Assembly: GCA_001643675.2 (NCBI GenBank)
Contig: LSRY02000059.1
Coordinates: forward strand, 248,001 to 312,000
DNA: 64,000 bases
Direction of reading: 5' to 3'
From: Monocercomonoides exilis PA203
Taxonomy: Eukaryota; Protista; Preaxostyla
Shown: piece by piece, positions 22,901-35,979 of the stretch
Layout of the letters: each line of letters begins with the position of its first letter
Numbering within the stretch: the first letter of the stretch is position 1
Notes under the pieces: generated by a model
The model's database searches: none
What the model was told of the DNA's origin: nothing
Seen by the model: only the letters and a program-made list of their open reading frames with translations
Translations under genes and position numbers: made by a program

Positions 22901-25900
22901 GGAATTAACTTGATTTTGAGATATATCTTTTTCTTTTGTTGACTTTTCCTCTTCATTTGATTTATTTGTTCCGCTAAGATGAAATTGTGTTGGTGAACTC
23001 TGCTGAATAAGAGGATCTGTCACCTTCATAATTCTGTTCAGAAGTGGCTGAGGCAGCGCTCCAAGCGGAGAGAAAAGGGCGCCTTTTGAATTGTCCTTTG
23101 ATTTCTGTGTGTGAAGATTTATCGAATTGATTTCTTTTTTTATTAACGGCAATTCATTTGCTTGTGATAGCTTGTTCTGATTCGGCATTTTGTTCTGTTC
23201 AAATTTCTTTGAAACCACTGAGACGTTCTCTTCTGAAAGCAAAGATGTAGTTGAAGGTTCTTTCTTTAATAATTCAGATTGTTTAGAATTTTGAAGAGTT
23301 GGAGCAGACGAAGAAAGGGAAGGATGCCTTGAAATGGATGAAGATGAATTGGATGTGCTGTCTTCCAACAACTTTCTTTCCATCTCCAGTTGTTCATCTG
23401 AAATACGCTCAACATATATCGACTGAATAATCAGCCCAAAGATTTCATTCAGTACAGGATTCAGATCGGATGGAGGGTAAACAATTTCTTCTTCTTTGTT
23501 CTTTTTGCTTGCTTTTCCCTCTTTCTCTTCATATGACGACAAAAGCGATGATTGCTGTGAAACAGCCATTTCTTCATTCTTCAATAATTTCAGAATTTCA
23601 TCATCATCGTCTTCCTCTTCTTCCTCTTCCTCCTCTTCTTCATCTGATAAATCAAGATGTTTATGAATGCTCATTTTATGCTTCTTTGGCTTCTTTTTCG
23701 CTTCTGCCTTTTCCTTTATCGAGTTTCTTATTCTGATCATGTCTCTTCCTTCAAACTTTTCTGCCAGTCGCAATGTTGTGTTCTTTCCCCATTGCTCATT
23801 ATCAATCGTTGTTACATCGTCTCTGTCTAGTTGAGATACTCTTATTGAATTGCTAACACTTTTGCTTCTTCCTTCTCCATCCACACTCACCTCTTTCATC
23901 CTCCACACCCTCTGCTCTTCCACAGGAATCCCCGTCTGCTTCTCAATTTCTGTGTGCAAATCGCTCAGTGTATCATCTCTTTTTGTAATCAACATACGAG
24001 CTGTGGATGATTGAACATCAAACAGTGTTTTGCCTGTTCCGCATGCTGAGCCCTTGATGAGTGTGTCGTCTGTGAATACTCTGAATGAGAGCATCTTCTT
24101 TCGCTGCGTCACAGCCACAATTGAATCTCGTATGTGCTGTGGAATGTCATCCTCCTTCACATCCTGCAGCACCACATCTATCAGCGACTTCTTCACATAC
24201 ACCAACATATACGCTGATGCTATCTTTGTCACTTTTTGAACATCCGACTCTGAATGCAGGAGAAAGTTGCTGTATTTGTGATTGGCCACATACTCCGTTC
24301 CTCCATAGTTGTCTTCTACCGCCTCTTCCTCTGTTGTCTCCCTCACCCACTCGTCGTCAAAGCAGAACCACTTCCCATCACACTTTGGCTGGATGTATGC
24401 ATAATAGTGCCCTCCAGTCATCCCTCCACTGTGCACAAGGACAGAATGCAGCACATACACATTGTCTGAATCAGAGAAGGGCACAGCTGGCTGGGTGGAT
24501 GATGGCTGAGTGGAAGGTGGCTGTGAAGAAAATGAAGGAGGAGAAAGTGGAGGCGATGTTGGGCTGATAGGAAACTCTGACTCTGAAGCAACATCTGACT
24601 GGGGAGAAGTTATAAGAGGAGGAATTTCAGTCTCCTCCACAATCGGATTCCATAAAAGAAAATGCTCGTTTTTTCCTGTTTTTTTGCACTGTTCGTTGCT
24701 CTTTTTCTTCACTTCATTCGATTTTTTTCGTTTCCCCCAGAATTCTATTGGATTTAATGCAAATTGGAATTTTTCAATCATTTCAGGAGACAATTGAGGA
24801 TTAGCATCATCATCATCATCATCATCATCTTCGTCTTCATCTTCAGTTTGTTCGTTTTCATTATCCTTTGATATGCCGTCATCTTCGTCTGCATCATACG
24901 CATCTTTCTCTTCTTCATCCATTTCTCCATCCGAATTCAGTCTTCTTTTTTCCTTTTCTTTCTGCTTTTCTTTGTCCTTCTGTTCTCTTTCCCATTTTTC
25001 TCTTTCTGCTTTCTGTTTTTCCTTGTCTTCATTAATCATTTTCCAAATCTGACTCGCTTTCCTTCGACTCTTTCTCCTCCGAGACTCACCTTGCTCTTGA
25101 CTGTTTTTCTCCACATTATCATTTCTCTCTTCATCATCGTCTCCATCCAAGTCTCCACCATCCTCTTCATCTTCTGAATGAGCGGCATCTTTGAACACAA
25201 AAGGCGACATATTCAGCTCCACCGGAAACTCAAAGCGGTCATTCACTTTGGCCATTCTGTCTGTCATCGGATTGTATTCCCATCTGTTCAGCTGGACATG
25301 CAAAACAGGTGGAAGAGACAGAAAGAGAGTTCGCTGATATTATGATGAGAAATGAAAATGATTCATTTTTTTTCAAAGTTCATTAATAAAGAATAGTAAC
25401 AATAAAGAGTAAACCTTTGAAGCTCTTTGCATCCCATGCTTCTCAGCATTGTATTTGTTGCTGCCGTCGAGTATCTCTGGCTGTGTGTAATTTTCCAGCG
25501 AGGCTTCAAGAGACGGAAAGCCCTTCACAGAGAGACTGAGATCGAGGAATGGCTGTGTGCGTACACTCACATAATCAACATCGATGCACTCGATGATGGT
25601 GACAGCATCGCCCCTCAGAAGATAGTTTATAGAGTCATGGAATGGAGTGTGCTATAAATGAACATATGGATAATAACAATAAAATGAAATGTGAAAATAC
25701 ATTGAATAACATCATGAAAAATTGTCAAATGAAATAAAAAATGATTATTATATCAAATCCCTTCTTTAATAATGCTTAATACTTGTGTCTTTTCAATAAG
25801 TCTATCCAAAAGAATTCTGTTCAGCTCATTTACATCATGCTGCTCAAATGCTTCATAAGAATTCCATCCAAATGCTTGTGTAAGCTCCTTTGTCGAAACA

Positions 25901-26886
25901 CTTGAAAAACACAAATAACAATAATCAAAGAAGAATTAAATTGTTGAACCTTCGCTTTGAGACTTGAAGATTGTAAAAAAGATTTTGCAATGTTTGAGCA
26001 ATTTTTGGCTTCGATTTTTGTGCTTCATCCGCTTGTGAATCAACTGCTCGATTTGGATCAAATGGAATATGATAAACTACCTAAAAATGCATGCAAAACG
26101 ATCAATAAATTCGTTCAATCAAAAATGAAATTCGTGACAAATAGAATTTTTTCGTCATACCCATCGAAAAAGTGATGTGTGATAAAGTGTTTGTAGAAGA
26201 GAATTTAAATAACACGTCGCCCCTTGATTAGCCAACCCTATCATTCCAGTTTTAGCTCTAACATTTCCTGCATTTCCATAATATTCAAATGGCTTTTAAA
26301 AATTCATTTATCAAAGAAAATAAAATCCTTATAAAAACATTCACACATTCAGCCAAACATCAACAAGTAATTTTCCATCCACCAAGCAAGAAGATTTTGG
26401 CAAAAAATCTTTCGAATCTAACACTTTATTTCTCCCTATATCGTAAAATTTTGTGGTGAAACGATGATGTCCACTTAAAATCTCTGGCTCAGCTGCATTA
26501 TTTTTGTGAATAACAATCTTGTAATAAAAATGAGTATTTTCAGCATCAAGATAACTTAAATCATGACAGCTCTATTTCAAATGAAATTGATTTTAACGAA
26601 ATGGCAAAACGTTACAGAGTTAAATAACAAATCTTTATTTTTAAATACCTTGCAATCAATATAAATTCCCCACGAATTATCTAATCGAAGAAAATATAAT
26701 CTCCTATATTTTTTAAATCATCAAATTGTTGAATTTTTTTAGAATAAATATTTGTAGATGCAATATCTTTTGAACACACCAAGTTAAATCAAAGGCAGAA
26801 AACAGTTCGCTATAAAAGCTGTCTGACCCCTCAAACTGCACTTTAAGTTTAACTTTAGCACAACCCTCCCATTTCGAACTTGTCAT
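19971..26886 (-). CDS. USP7: USP7/UBP15-like ubiquitin C-terminal hydrolase (MATH-like N-terminus, USP domain, long C-terminus), multi-exon
   Basis: Cys box [19 protein letters not shown] (~26200-26250), [24 protein letters not shown] and His box [20 protein letters not shown]...WFCFDD. An intron near 21870-21995 joins the two large ORFs. The start at 26886 is inferred. Confidence 0.85.
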
Positions 26887-27245
26887 TCACCACCACACAG
26901 AGATAAATGAAAAATTCTAAAATTTTCGATATTGATCAATATTAATAATTTGCTATGGGTTATTCATTTCCAACACAGAAACTAAAAAGATAAAAAATTT
27001 CCAATAAAACTTCATCCACTCAACTGCTGAAAATATTCACTCATTCAAGCAAAGTGAACAGAAATTTGTCGAAAAAATTCAGCATCAAAAACGAAGAAAA
27101 TCACAAAAGAAAGAAAACAAAACAATAAACAAACATTTTGTAAAAATGTAATGATTCTCCAAACCAATAAAATTAAACATAAAAAAGAAAAAAGAAAACT
27201 TGTAAAATAATATAATAAAAATAATAAAAATGATAATAAAACTAA

Positions 27246-30200
27246 TTAATGAGCCATGAGATGGAAGAAATCCATCACTTGTGTACGGGTGGTGTTTCGG
27301 GAAGTCTCAATGAGCTGTTCAAAATACTTCCCAGCCTCTTCGTCTGTCTTGTTCAATGACAGCTGCTTCTGAATGTATTGCACATCTTTCTCCTCTTTCA
27401 ATTCTGGAATGCCTGTGGAGAGCATCTAAAAGGATTAAAAATAAATAGAGAGAAATCAAACAAATAAATTGATAGTTACATTCAATAAAGTCAGAAAAAA
27501 AAAAAAAAAAAAAAAAAAATAGAATCACACCATTGTAAACAGATTTATCAACAGATTTGCGTGTTTGCGAAGGACGTTGTATGCCTTCTTTGCCAAGTCC
27601 ACAAACAGAACATATGCCTTGTCAGTTCTGTTGCCCAGCACAGCAGCAAAGGCAGGTGTGAAGATAAACGGTGCCTTCTCTCTCTCAACACCCAGCTTCT
27701 TCTTGAAATGCCCCAGAAAGTGGCCAAAGTCGATGTGGAAGAGCCTTCCGTCCTTTGTGATCATAATGTTGTCTGAATGCCTGTCTCCTATCCCCAGCAC
27801 ATACGTCGCCACACAATACCCTGCACACGAATACGCAAAGTTCTCCTGGAAGGCCTCATACATCTTCGTGTTCTTTTCTGCCTGCCCCATCAGCCACTCC
27901 GTCAAACACGTCGACGAAAACGCTGCTGTTGCCCCGCCAGCTGCTGATGTGATGTGTGCGATGGTCTCTGAGTTCTTCACAACTTGGATGAACCCTTCGT
28001 AATCACCTGTCGACTGGGCACGATACACATTCAGCCGCATGTCCAGCCCTTCTCTCAGCCACAGCAGCTCCATCACTCGAAACACCTGCAGTGTCAGCTG
28101 ATCCTGCCGAATGTCATCTCCCACTTTGAACAGGAACATCTGGTTGTCGTTCTCGTTCTCTATCTTCATATCAACTGTTTTCTCTTCTTCTTTCCCTCCT
28201 TCTTTTCCTTCTTCTTTTGCCTCTTCCTCTTTCTCTTCCTTTTCACACCCACTTTCCCTTTCGCCTTCTCCCCCCACACTCTTCTTAAACGTCAGCCAAA
28301 GCGGTCTCTTTTTCGAGTCCATCACACGGCACTTCTCTACAATCAGCCCCGACGACTCAAAAGTGGACGAAATAGGAAGAGTAAAACGCACAGGGAACTT
28401 CGTCTCCCTCAGCTTCTTCCTCAGAATCTCTTTGCCTTCTGCTGCCGGCAGCTTTGCCACTGAATTCGCCATGTTCACGAAGTCCCTCAGCACTTTCGTC
28501 TCATTCGCAATGTGTGCTCTTCTATGGCTGCCCAGCCCTTTCAGATACTCCTGCATCATCAGCCCATACCTCTCTCTGATGTATGCGTTGTGCAGCTCTG
28601 ACTTCAGATGCCAGAAGAAGCTGTGTCCAATCGTCGTTGGCGAGCGAAGAGCTCTCTTCATCAGCATTGCTGCCAGGGGGGAGTCATGATATGGCTCATT
28701 CTTCAGCACCTGCACCAGCTGCAACAAGAAGGGCTCTAGTTCTTCATCGCTCATCTCATCCACCCACTCCACGGCTTTTGCCCTTGCCAATGGGTCAGCA
28801 AACTTCGCATCCAGAAGCTCCAGTGCATCAACTGGATTCAAAGGCGTCCATCTCCTCAGCAAGTAGTGTGCCTCTATGACAGACTTTCTGTGATTCCACG
28901 GGACTGACTGGAGGAATTTCGGGAGCGCCGGAGCGATTCCGATGAGGTGGAAGCGGTGCAGGAAGAGAAGAGAGCGGTGGGCAGGCTCAATTGCCTCGAG
29001 GGGGTTCTGTTTGATGACAGCGAGGATGGTCTGCCACTCACTCGCTGTGGGGAACTTGATGTATTCTCTGAGGCCCACATCGATCAAGTAGTGCACACTC
29101 GAGGGAGGAGCCTGGGGGAGAGAGGCAAATGCAGCGGGGGGAGGGCGATAGCGAGGGTAGAGCGGGTGGGTGGTGTTGATGACTGGGGGCTGGATGCCTG
29201 TGGGGGAAGAAGAGGAAGAAGATAAAGGTGATTGTGAAGTGTGACAATTACTTTGAATGTTATCTGCATCGAGTGGCAGAGGAGGTGTTTGGGATTCTTG
29301 TGAAGATGAAGCAAAATTAGCTGATGAATCAGAAGAAGTAGTTGAAGGAGCAGTAGTAGTAGTAGAAGAAGAAGCATTTGAAGAAGAAGAGGCAGAAGAA
29401 GCAGACGTTGAAGAAGAAGGTGATGATGACGAAGATTGCGCAGGAGAGAAGTTAGCGAGGATGCTGTCATCAATCCTGGAAGATGGAGGCGGAGGAGGCG
29501 GGGCTCGTTTTGGAAGAGGAATGTTCTTAATTAAGGTAGGACGAAACACGCGAGATTGAGAAGTAGCCAATCCGAAAGGCGAAGAGACGAAATTTGGTGG
29601 CGGAGAGGCAGCACGAAGAGGGCGTGATGTGCGTGCAGGCGATGAAATGACAGGAGAATAAGGAGAATTTGAAGAAGAAGAAGAAGAAGGTGAAGAAGCA
29701 GAAACAGATGCATTGTGAGTGTGGGGGGAGAAAGGCATGAGAGAAGAGGAAGAGGCAGAGGAGGTGAGTGGAGGTGTGCCATACATTGACTGGATGGCGC
29801 TGATGGTCGACGAGCGCTGTGACTGAGCAGTCTTCTTCTGATGGATGGCTGCTGCCTCTGCCACCAGAAAGCATTTCTCTTCTTCTGCATTCAGCTCCTT
29901 TGGGAACACAACAGGAGCAGGAAACGAAGGAAATGCCACAACAAGGGCTGGGGCATTGGGATCGCCCATGTTTCCGTTGCAGGTGCCGATCGGGTTGGCA
30001 GCAGCGTCTGGCCAGAGGGGAAGGGCGAGGCTGTGCGAGTGGAGGAACCCGCGGAAGTCAAACACAGGACAAGACACCCACCCCAGCTCAATGTCTTTGT
30101 CACTCGGCACAGCAATGTCACCTGCTCTGGGCACAAACTGCAGCTGGGAGGAGGACGAGGATCCTGAGACGGTCTGCGCAGAAGAGGCGGAAGAGCCAAC

Positions 30201-31979
30201 GGTGGCTGTGGCATAGACAGACGAGGAGGAGCTGCCAGCGCCAGCAGACGAGGATGAGACAGAGAGCGAATAGGACTCACTCCGCACAGCCTTCTGCGCA
30301 TAGAGGGTGAAGCAGATGCGTGCCTCAGACGGAATCTGCGCCAGCTTCAGCTTTGTCTTCAGCGTGGCGTTGAAGTGCACATTGGGCGATGCCCAGGCGA
30401 GTGGCGAGAGCATCTTGAATGGATGCAGCGTCTGCCCGCCAAAACAGAGCGAGGCAGAGACATAAAGCAGACAGTCGGTGCAGTCCACGGGGATGTTTGC
30501 AGGTGTCTTTACTTTCCCCTTCTTGTCTCTCTCTTCGCCACACAGCATCGCCAGGTTGCTCGACCAGCGGCTGTTGATCCCATCTATCCCAATGAGCGTC
30601 ACAGACAGCGCAGCATCTGCATCCCACACAGAAATAAACGGAAGCGACGCGGGACTCCGCTCTTCCTCTTCTCTCGCACGCGCTTTGGCCACAGACTCGT
30701 TGGGGAGCCTGGGCGGTGCAGGAGGGATGTGGCGGTCGAGAACGTGGATTGTCTGGTCAGCAGGCGTTGCACAAACAGCCTCGTTGGCTTCAGAAAGAGC
30801 AACCAGCGCTAACACAACTGGTCGCGGAGGAGTCGACAGAAGTGCAGCACGAACACACGCCTTGCTGATTATGAGCTCGTATGGCAGATAATAATCACCT
30901 TCTTCTTTCACCTTCATAGTCAGCTTGTTAAGATCGAGAGGCAGCTCAGTTATTTGGGCGGCTGTGTTTTTGACTGAAAGAAGCTGCTGCACTGCATCGC
31001 GTGCTGTGTAATGCCTTGTCATGTGCATCGCCTTTGTGGTGATTTTGTCTGGCAACAGCACAGACACCATGAACTTCAATGGAAGCTTCTCTGGCAGCAT
31101 GGTTAAGCATGTTGGAGTATGGATTATTTTTTGTTCCTCAAGTTCGCAATCAAATCCGCGTTTCAATCGCTCAGGATCCAAACGAGCAATTGGCATTTCC
31201 ATTTCCTTTCTCTGTCGAGCCATGCTTTCTCTGAAATGTTGAATCTCTGGAGTATTTTTCAAATTCAGTGGTCCTGTAATTGAATTTATTTCTTCCGCCA
31301 TTTGCTCTAAATAAGTCAAATGATCTTTGGAAAAATCTTTTTCAAGAGGAAGCATGTCGAGGCCAACATAAAATCCATCTTTTGAAAGCTGTGCAATACT
31401 TTGACGAACAAATACATCCTGGTCAGGCCTTTTTGAAAGAGTACTTAAATCGGGAATTGGTCTTGTAATTGGCTTCAAATCAATTTCACATTGTTCATCA
31501 AGCTCTTGGTTTTGTTCGGGTTCGGATGGTAAAAAGTGCTCCTCATTTAAGGAAACAAGACCTGTCTTTTCGGTTGAAATTTCATTCAAGTATTCAAGGC
31601 AATGAGACTCATGCAAAATTTCAACTTCAAGCGGCGAACCATTTAAAGCAGCCAAAAGCCATTCTTCCACATCATAAAAGGGCATATCTGAAGAAGATTC
31701 AATATCAAGATCAGTATTTGGTAGAAGAATTCGTGTCTCACGGAAACGGAAAAAGTACATGCGCCTTGCATGAGGAAAAGATATTCCAGACAAATCTGCT
31801 TTGTGGAAAAGCATATCGCGGAGTTGAGAAATTGTCTGTTTGCAGCTGCAAGGAAATGTAATTTGAGCGTGATCATCAAAATCAAATCTAAAATGCATGA
31901 TGACCGTTGGAAGAAGGTCTAACGGATCAATGTCATCTATGTTTTCCGTTATGACCCAAGGAGGCTCTGTAAAGGCCAT
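27246..31979 (-). CDS. Class I-like phosphoinositide 3-kinase catalytic subunit
   Basis: RBD-like, C2 and helical (LELLDAKFADP...FLLQLVQVLKNE) regions, then the kinase domain (MDSKKRPLWL, FKVGDDIRQDQL, GIGDRHSDNIM, HIDFGHFLG). The last exon MLSTGIPEL...FHLMAH* follows an intron at ~27427-27529. Confidence 0.95.
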
Positions 31980-32138
31980 GGAACCTTATATCAGAAAAAT
32001 TGTGGTAAATAAAATTTAAAAAATGGTAAAATCTTGATCATAATGACTTGTTTTATAATAAAAATTAAAAATGATTTTTTCTAACACAAATATAAAAACA
32101 AATAAAACGGTAGTGGTTATGATGTTAGTGAAATGTTT

Positions 32139-33042
32139 TCATTCATTCGCCAAGAGTGTTGCAAGTTTAGAATATTCCACAATCCCATCTTCACTAGGAA
32201 CATTCTAAAATAGAATAATCAAATTTATTAAAAAAAAATTATTGGAAATACATTAAATATGAATACCTTTAGAAAATCTTCCAACTCTGTTTGCTTAAAA
32301 GGTTCACCGTGCATTGTCATTAATTCTGTAAGCTTTTCAACACTTAAATATCCTGTTAGAGGTGGCGCAGGCTTTGATTTTTTCATTGATGGGCCTCTAA
32401 CATTGGTACTAGCTGTTGAAGATCTACTCTCTGCGTCTCCTCCTTCATCTTTTTGTTCAATCTCATCATCTTCTTCAGCATCCGCTTGCATTTGATTTAA
32501 AGTGGTTTCAATTGTTTTAAAAGCTTGCAACAAAAGTTCTTCACTTGCTTTTGGCCATTTTCCTTGTTCTAAAATTGGTAACAAAGAAGCCTCCAATTTT
32601 TCATATTGAATTTCAATCATTTCATCTTCGCAAATCTTAAAAAAAGAAAATTGCTCAAATGATGCAGAAAATTATTAACATTGCACACTGATTGAATAAA
32701 TTCATTTAATTGAGCTTCTGTTGGACTCAGTTCAAGTGTATGAACAATAAAACGTATTTCTCTAAATAATAAATAATTATGAAGATTTATAATAATACGA
32801 TAAGATATCATTAAAAAATAATTATTATACTCTACTGGAACAGCACCACGATTTTCAGGATCAAATATAACAAATGCTTTTCTAATTTGTTTCTATAATT
32901 AGATAATATTCTTTCAACAAGGAAAAATTTTAATTCACACAATAAATCTTTGCCTCGCATTTTTTTGCTCACGATCCAATATCTCAACAGGTGCTTGTTG
33001 CTCCTCATTTAGTTCCTGAGGCTCTTTTATCTGATCTTCCAT
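32139..33042 (-). CDS. DRC8: Dynein regulatory complex subunit 8 (EFCAB2-like EF-hand protein), multi-exon
   Basis: IRKAFVIFDPENRGAVP, EIRFIVHTLELSPTEAQL, EELLLQAFKTI and GYLSVEKLTELMTMHGEPFKQTELEDFL match the EFCAB2/DRC8 pattern. Confidence 0.75.
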
Positions 33043-33276
33043 TTGTTTCGACCCATTTTAGCTTATGTGCATGAATTTTTAAAGAAGTGAGCACGAAACA
33101 TTGGCTAAATCAAAAACATAAGCGATTTGAATTTATATTCATTTTTCAAATCATTTTTTCCTTTTATATGTCGAAAAATCTCGTTTTCATTATATACCCA
33201 TCATGTTTTTTCATTTTTTATTTAATAATTTATTCAGATCATAATTAATTAACTTTATCATAAACAACTGAATATC

Positions 33277-33617
33277 ATGGGAGGACTTATTGAAAAGGTT
33301 ATTGGAATGTTCGGAAAGAGAGAATATCGCATTGTTATGGTTGGACTTGATGGTGTGATAAATATATATTTATATTTTTATTGCATTACTTTTTTTCATC
33401 AATTAACATTTCAAAAAAACAGCTGCTGGAAAGACATCTATTTTGTATAAGTTAAAATTAAATGAAAATGTTCATACCATTCCAACAATTGGATTCAATA
33501 TGGAAGAGGTGCAGGTGAAAAACATCAAATTTGTAATGTGGGACGTTGGAGGGCAAAAGAAGGTTTTCATTTTTCATCTTGTTATCTTCGAAAAGTTTAT
33601 GAAATACATTTATAATT

Positions 33618-33665
<48 letters not shown>

Positions 33666-34031
33666 CTTTAACAGATCCGTCACTTGTGGCATCATTACTA
33701 TCAAAACACAGATGCTGTTATTTACGTGGTTGACAGCTCGGATCAAGATCGTTTGGCTTGCCAAAGCATGGAATGCAATGATTGTGCAAAAGAAGAATTA
33801 CATTATCTTCTTCAAAGAGATGAGCTTCGTGGTGCCGTTCTTTTGCTTTATGCAAACAAGCAAGATTTGGCAGGTGCCTACAGTGCTTCAGATTTAAGAG
33901 AAAAACTTGAGCTCGACAGAGTTTGCAGAGACAGGTCGTGGTATGTACAACCATGCTGTGCATTGACTGGTGATGGTCTTCTTCATGGATTGGAGTGGCT
34001 TGCTCAAGAATTGAGGAAAGTTAAGAAGTGA
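33277..34031 (+). CDS. ARF: ADP-ribosylation factor family small GTPase (2 introns)
   Basis: MG start (myristoylation Gly), GLDAAGKT across intron 33353-33422, [18 protein letters not shown] and CALTG. Confidence 0.95.
33620..33663. repeat. Poly(T) tract inside ARF intron 2
   Basis: Run of ~44 T seen directly. Confidence 0.9.
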
Positions 34032-34433
34032 GGAGCTTTGAAATTATTTATTTTGTGCCTGTATTTTCTTTCTGGACTCTTCTCTATTTATCTCTCTTAT
34101 TTTCATTATATTCTCGAGTGCTGTTCTTGTCTTTATCTCTTTGGATTTTTATCCGATTTCGTTTGATTTCCTTCCAATGGTGAAGGTTGTTTGAGCATAA
34201 ATGTTTGATATTATTATTTTAGTGAGTATTGTTGATGAGGTACATTCAATTTTTTGTTGAATTTTTATTTTGAAATTTTTTTGTCGTAAATCCTCTGCTT
34301 TTTGTATGAAAGTAATTTTTAACTTTTTTGTAAGAATTTTTTTTTTAAAGAATCATTTTTTTTTAATGAAAAATGCTTATTTTTCTTTCGCCTTGAAAAT
34401 GACAAAAAAAAAAAAAAAAAAAAACGATATAGC

Positions 34434-35686
34434 TCAAATTCTGCAAGACGCCCTTGGAATTTTTAGTGATTCGGATTGTTCTTTTGTAAGAATAGCTTTT
34501 GATCTAATATAAAGACATTGAAGTTCTTTGCCATATTCCCTACACTGTTCTTTTGTTTGTCTTATCGAATGAATTGACAACGCAACATTTGGCAAATAAG
34601 TAATTTGAGGTTGTTCAGAGGGGTCAAGCATCAATAGAGCTTTTCCCTATAAAAGAGGAAAATAATAAAATTGCGTTGAATAAATGGGTCGTGATTCACA
34701 AACTTTTGGCGTTGACTCAATCCCAATAACAATTTTACAATGCCAAGCAAACTGAAAAAAAATCGGAGATATGAATGCTTCTGAGTCCCTCGATGAATCG
34801 CTTTCAGAACCTGTTGGATAACTCTGACGATCTACAAAATATTGCCAAATCCAGTCAAACATTGCATCAGACGATGAACGACACTCAACAAGGCTTGCTC
34901 TTTACACATTTAAATAACAAAAACACTCTCTATGAAAAAATTTGAAAAATTGAATGAAAAACAGACTGTACCCCAAGATAAGTGAGAAGAGCCAAAAGAT
35001 CAACTGCTCCAATCATTTTATGCGATCCTTTCAACTGATTCAAAGTTCAAAAAAAAATAAAATATGTTCGAAAATAATAATATTATTAACAAAATAAAAA
35101 TGCTAACATTCATATCAAAATGAGAAGCGCCTGCCGGGTCAAATCCTCTAATTCACAATGAAAAGGAAACTAAAATAAAAATGCAAACTGCGACCACGAG
35201 TCTTCAATATATTTTTGTAATTTAAATATCTGTGGAACTTCATTAATTCCATCTTAGAATATTTAAAAATATTGGTCAAAATAGATTTAATTAAACTTAA
35301 ATCAAATAAAAATACATTTTGCTAAATGCTCAGAAAAGATTGCATTTTTGATTAAAAAAGACAAAATCATTTGTGAACATCGATATCCACAACCCCATCC
35401 TTCATCGAATTTCACAATATGATAATAATCTTTTAAAAATAATGAAAAAGTTGAAAAAATATAAATTAAAGAAAAAACCAACAAAGTCGCACAGCAATAA
35501 TAAAACGCATCGACTTTTTTTGTATTCCACCGCAAAATATTTTTGAATATGTTTAATAATGTTGTTAACTGATTCAATTTCCGAAGAAATAATTTTACCG
35601 AAATCAGTTTTTGATTTTCGTTTTTCCCTGTTAACATAAGCAGAACATAAATCTCAAAACGTAGGAAAATATTACCTTAAACTCAT
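34434..35686 (-). CDS. Peptidase C78 family, ZUP1/Mug105-like deubiquitinase (catalytic domain only), multi-exon
   Basis: DEGWGCGYRCSQMILSFL (Cys), DPAGASHF...LKGSHKMIGAVDL, SPIFFQFAWHCKIVIGIE (His) and LMLDPS (Asp). The start codon is tentative. Confidence 0.8.
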
Positions 35687-35979
35687 TATATCAAATAATT
35701 TCGTGAATTATTGGAAATAAGGACGTATTCCCAATAAAATATTAGTTTTTTTTCATAACTACAATTATATAAATCCAAAGCAAGAAGTTGGGTGTAGATC
35801 AAAAGACAGTTTTTTTGGCAGAGCTTAAAATAAGTTGTGGAACTTTGAAAGAAACCTTTTTCTGCAATAGATAGCTAGAAACAGAAAATAGGTATTTTAA
35901 ATTTATAAATATATTTTAGATATTTATTCGTTAAAATTATTTTGATATTTAAATAATTATTGATGTTTTTCAACGTAGA

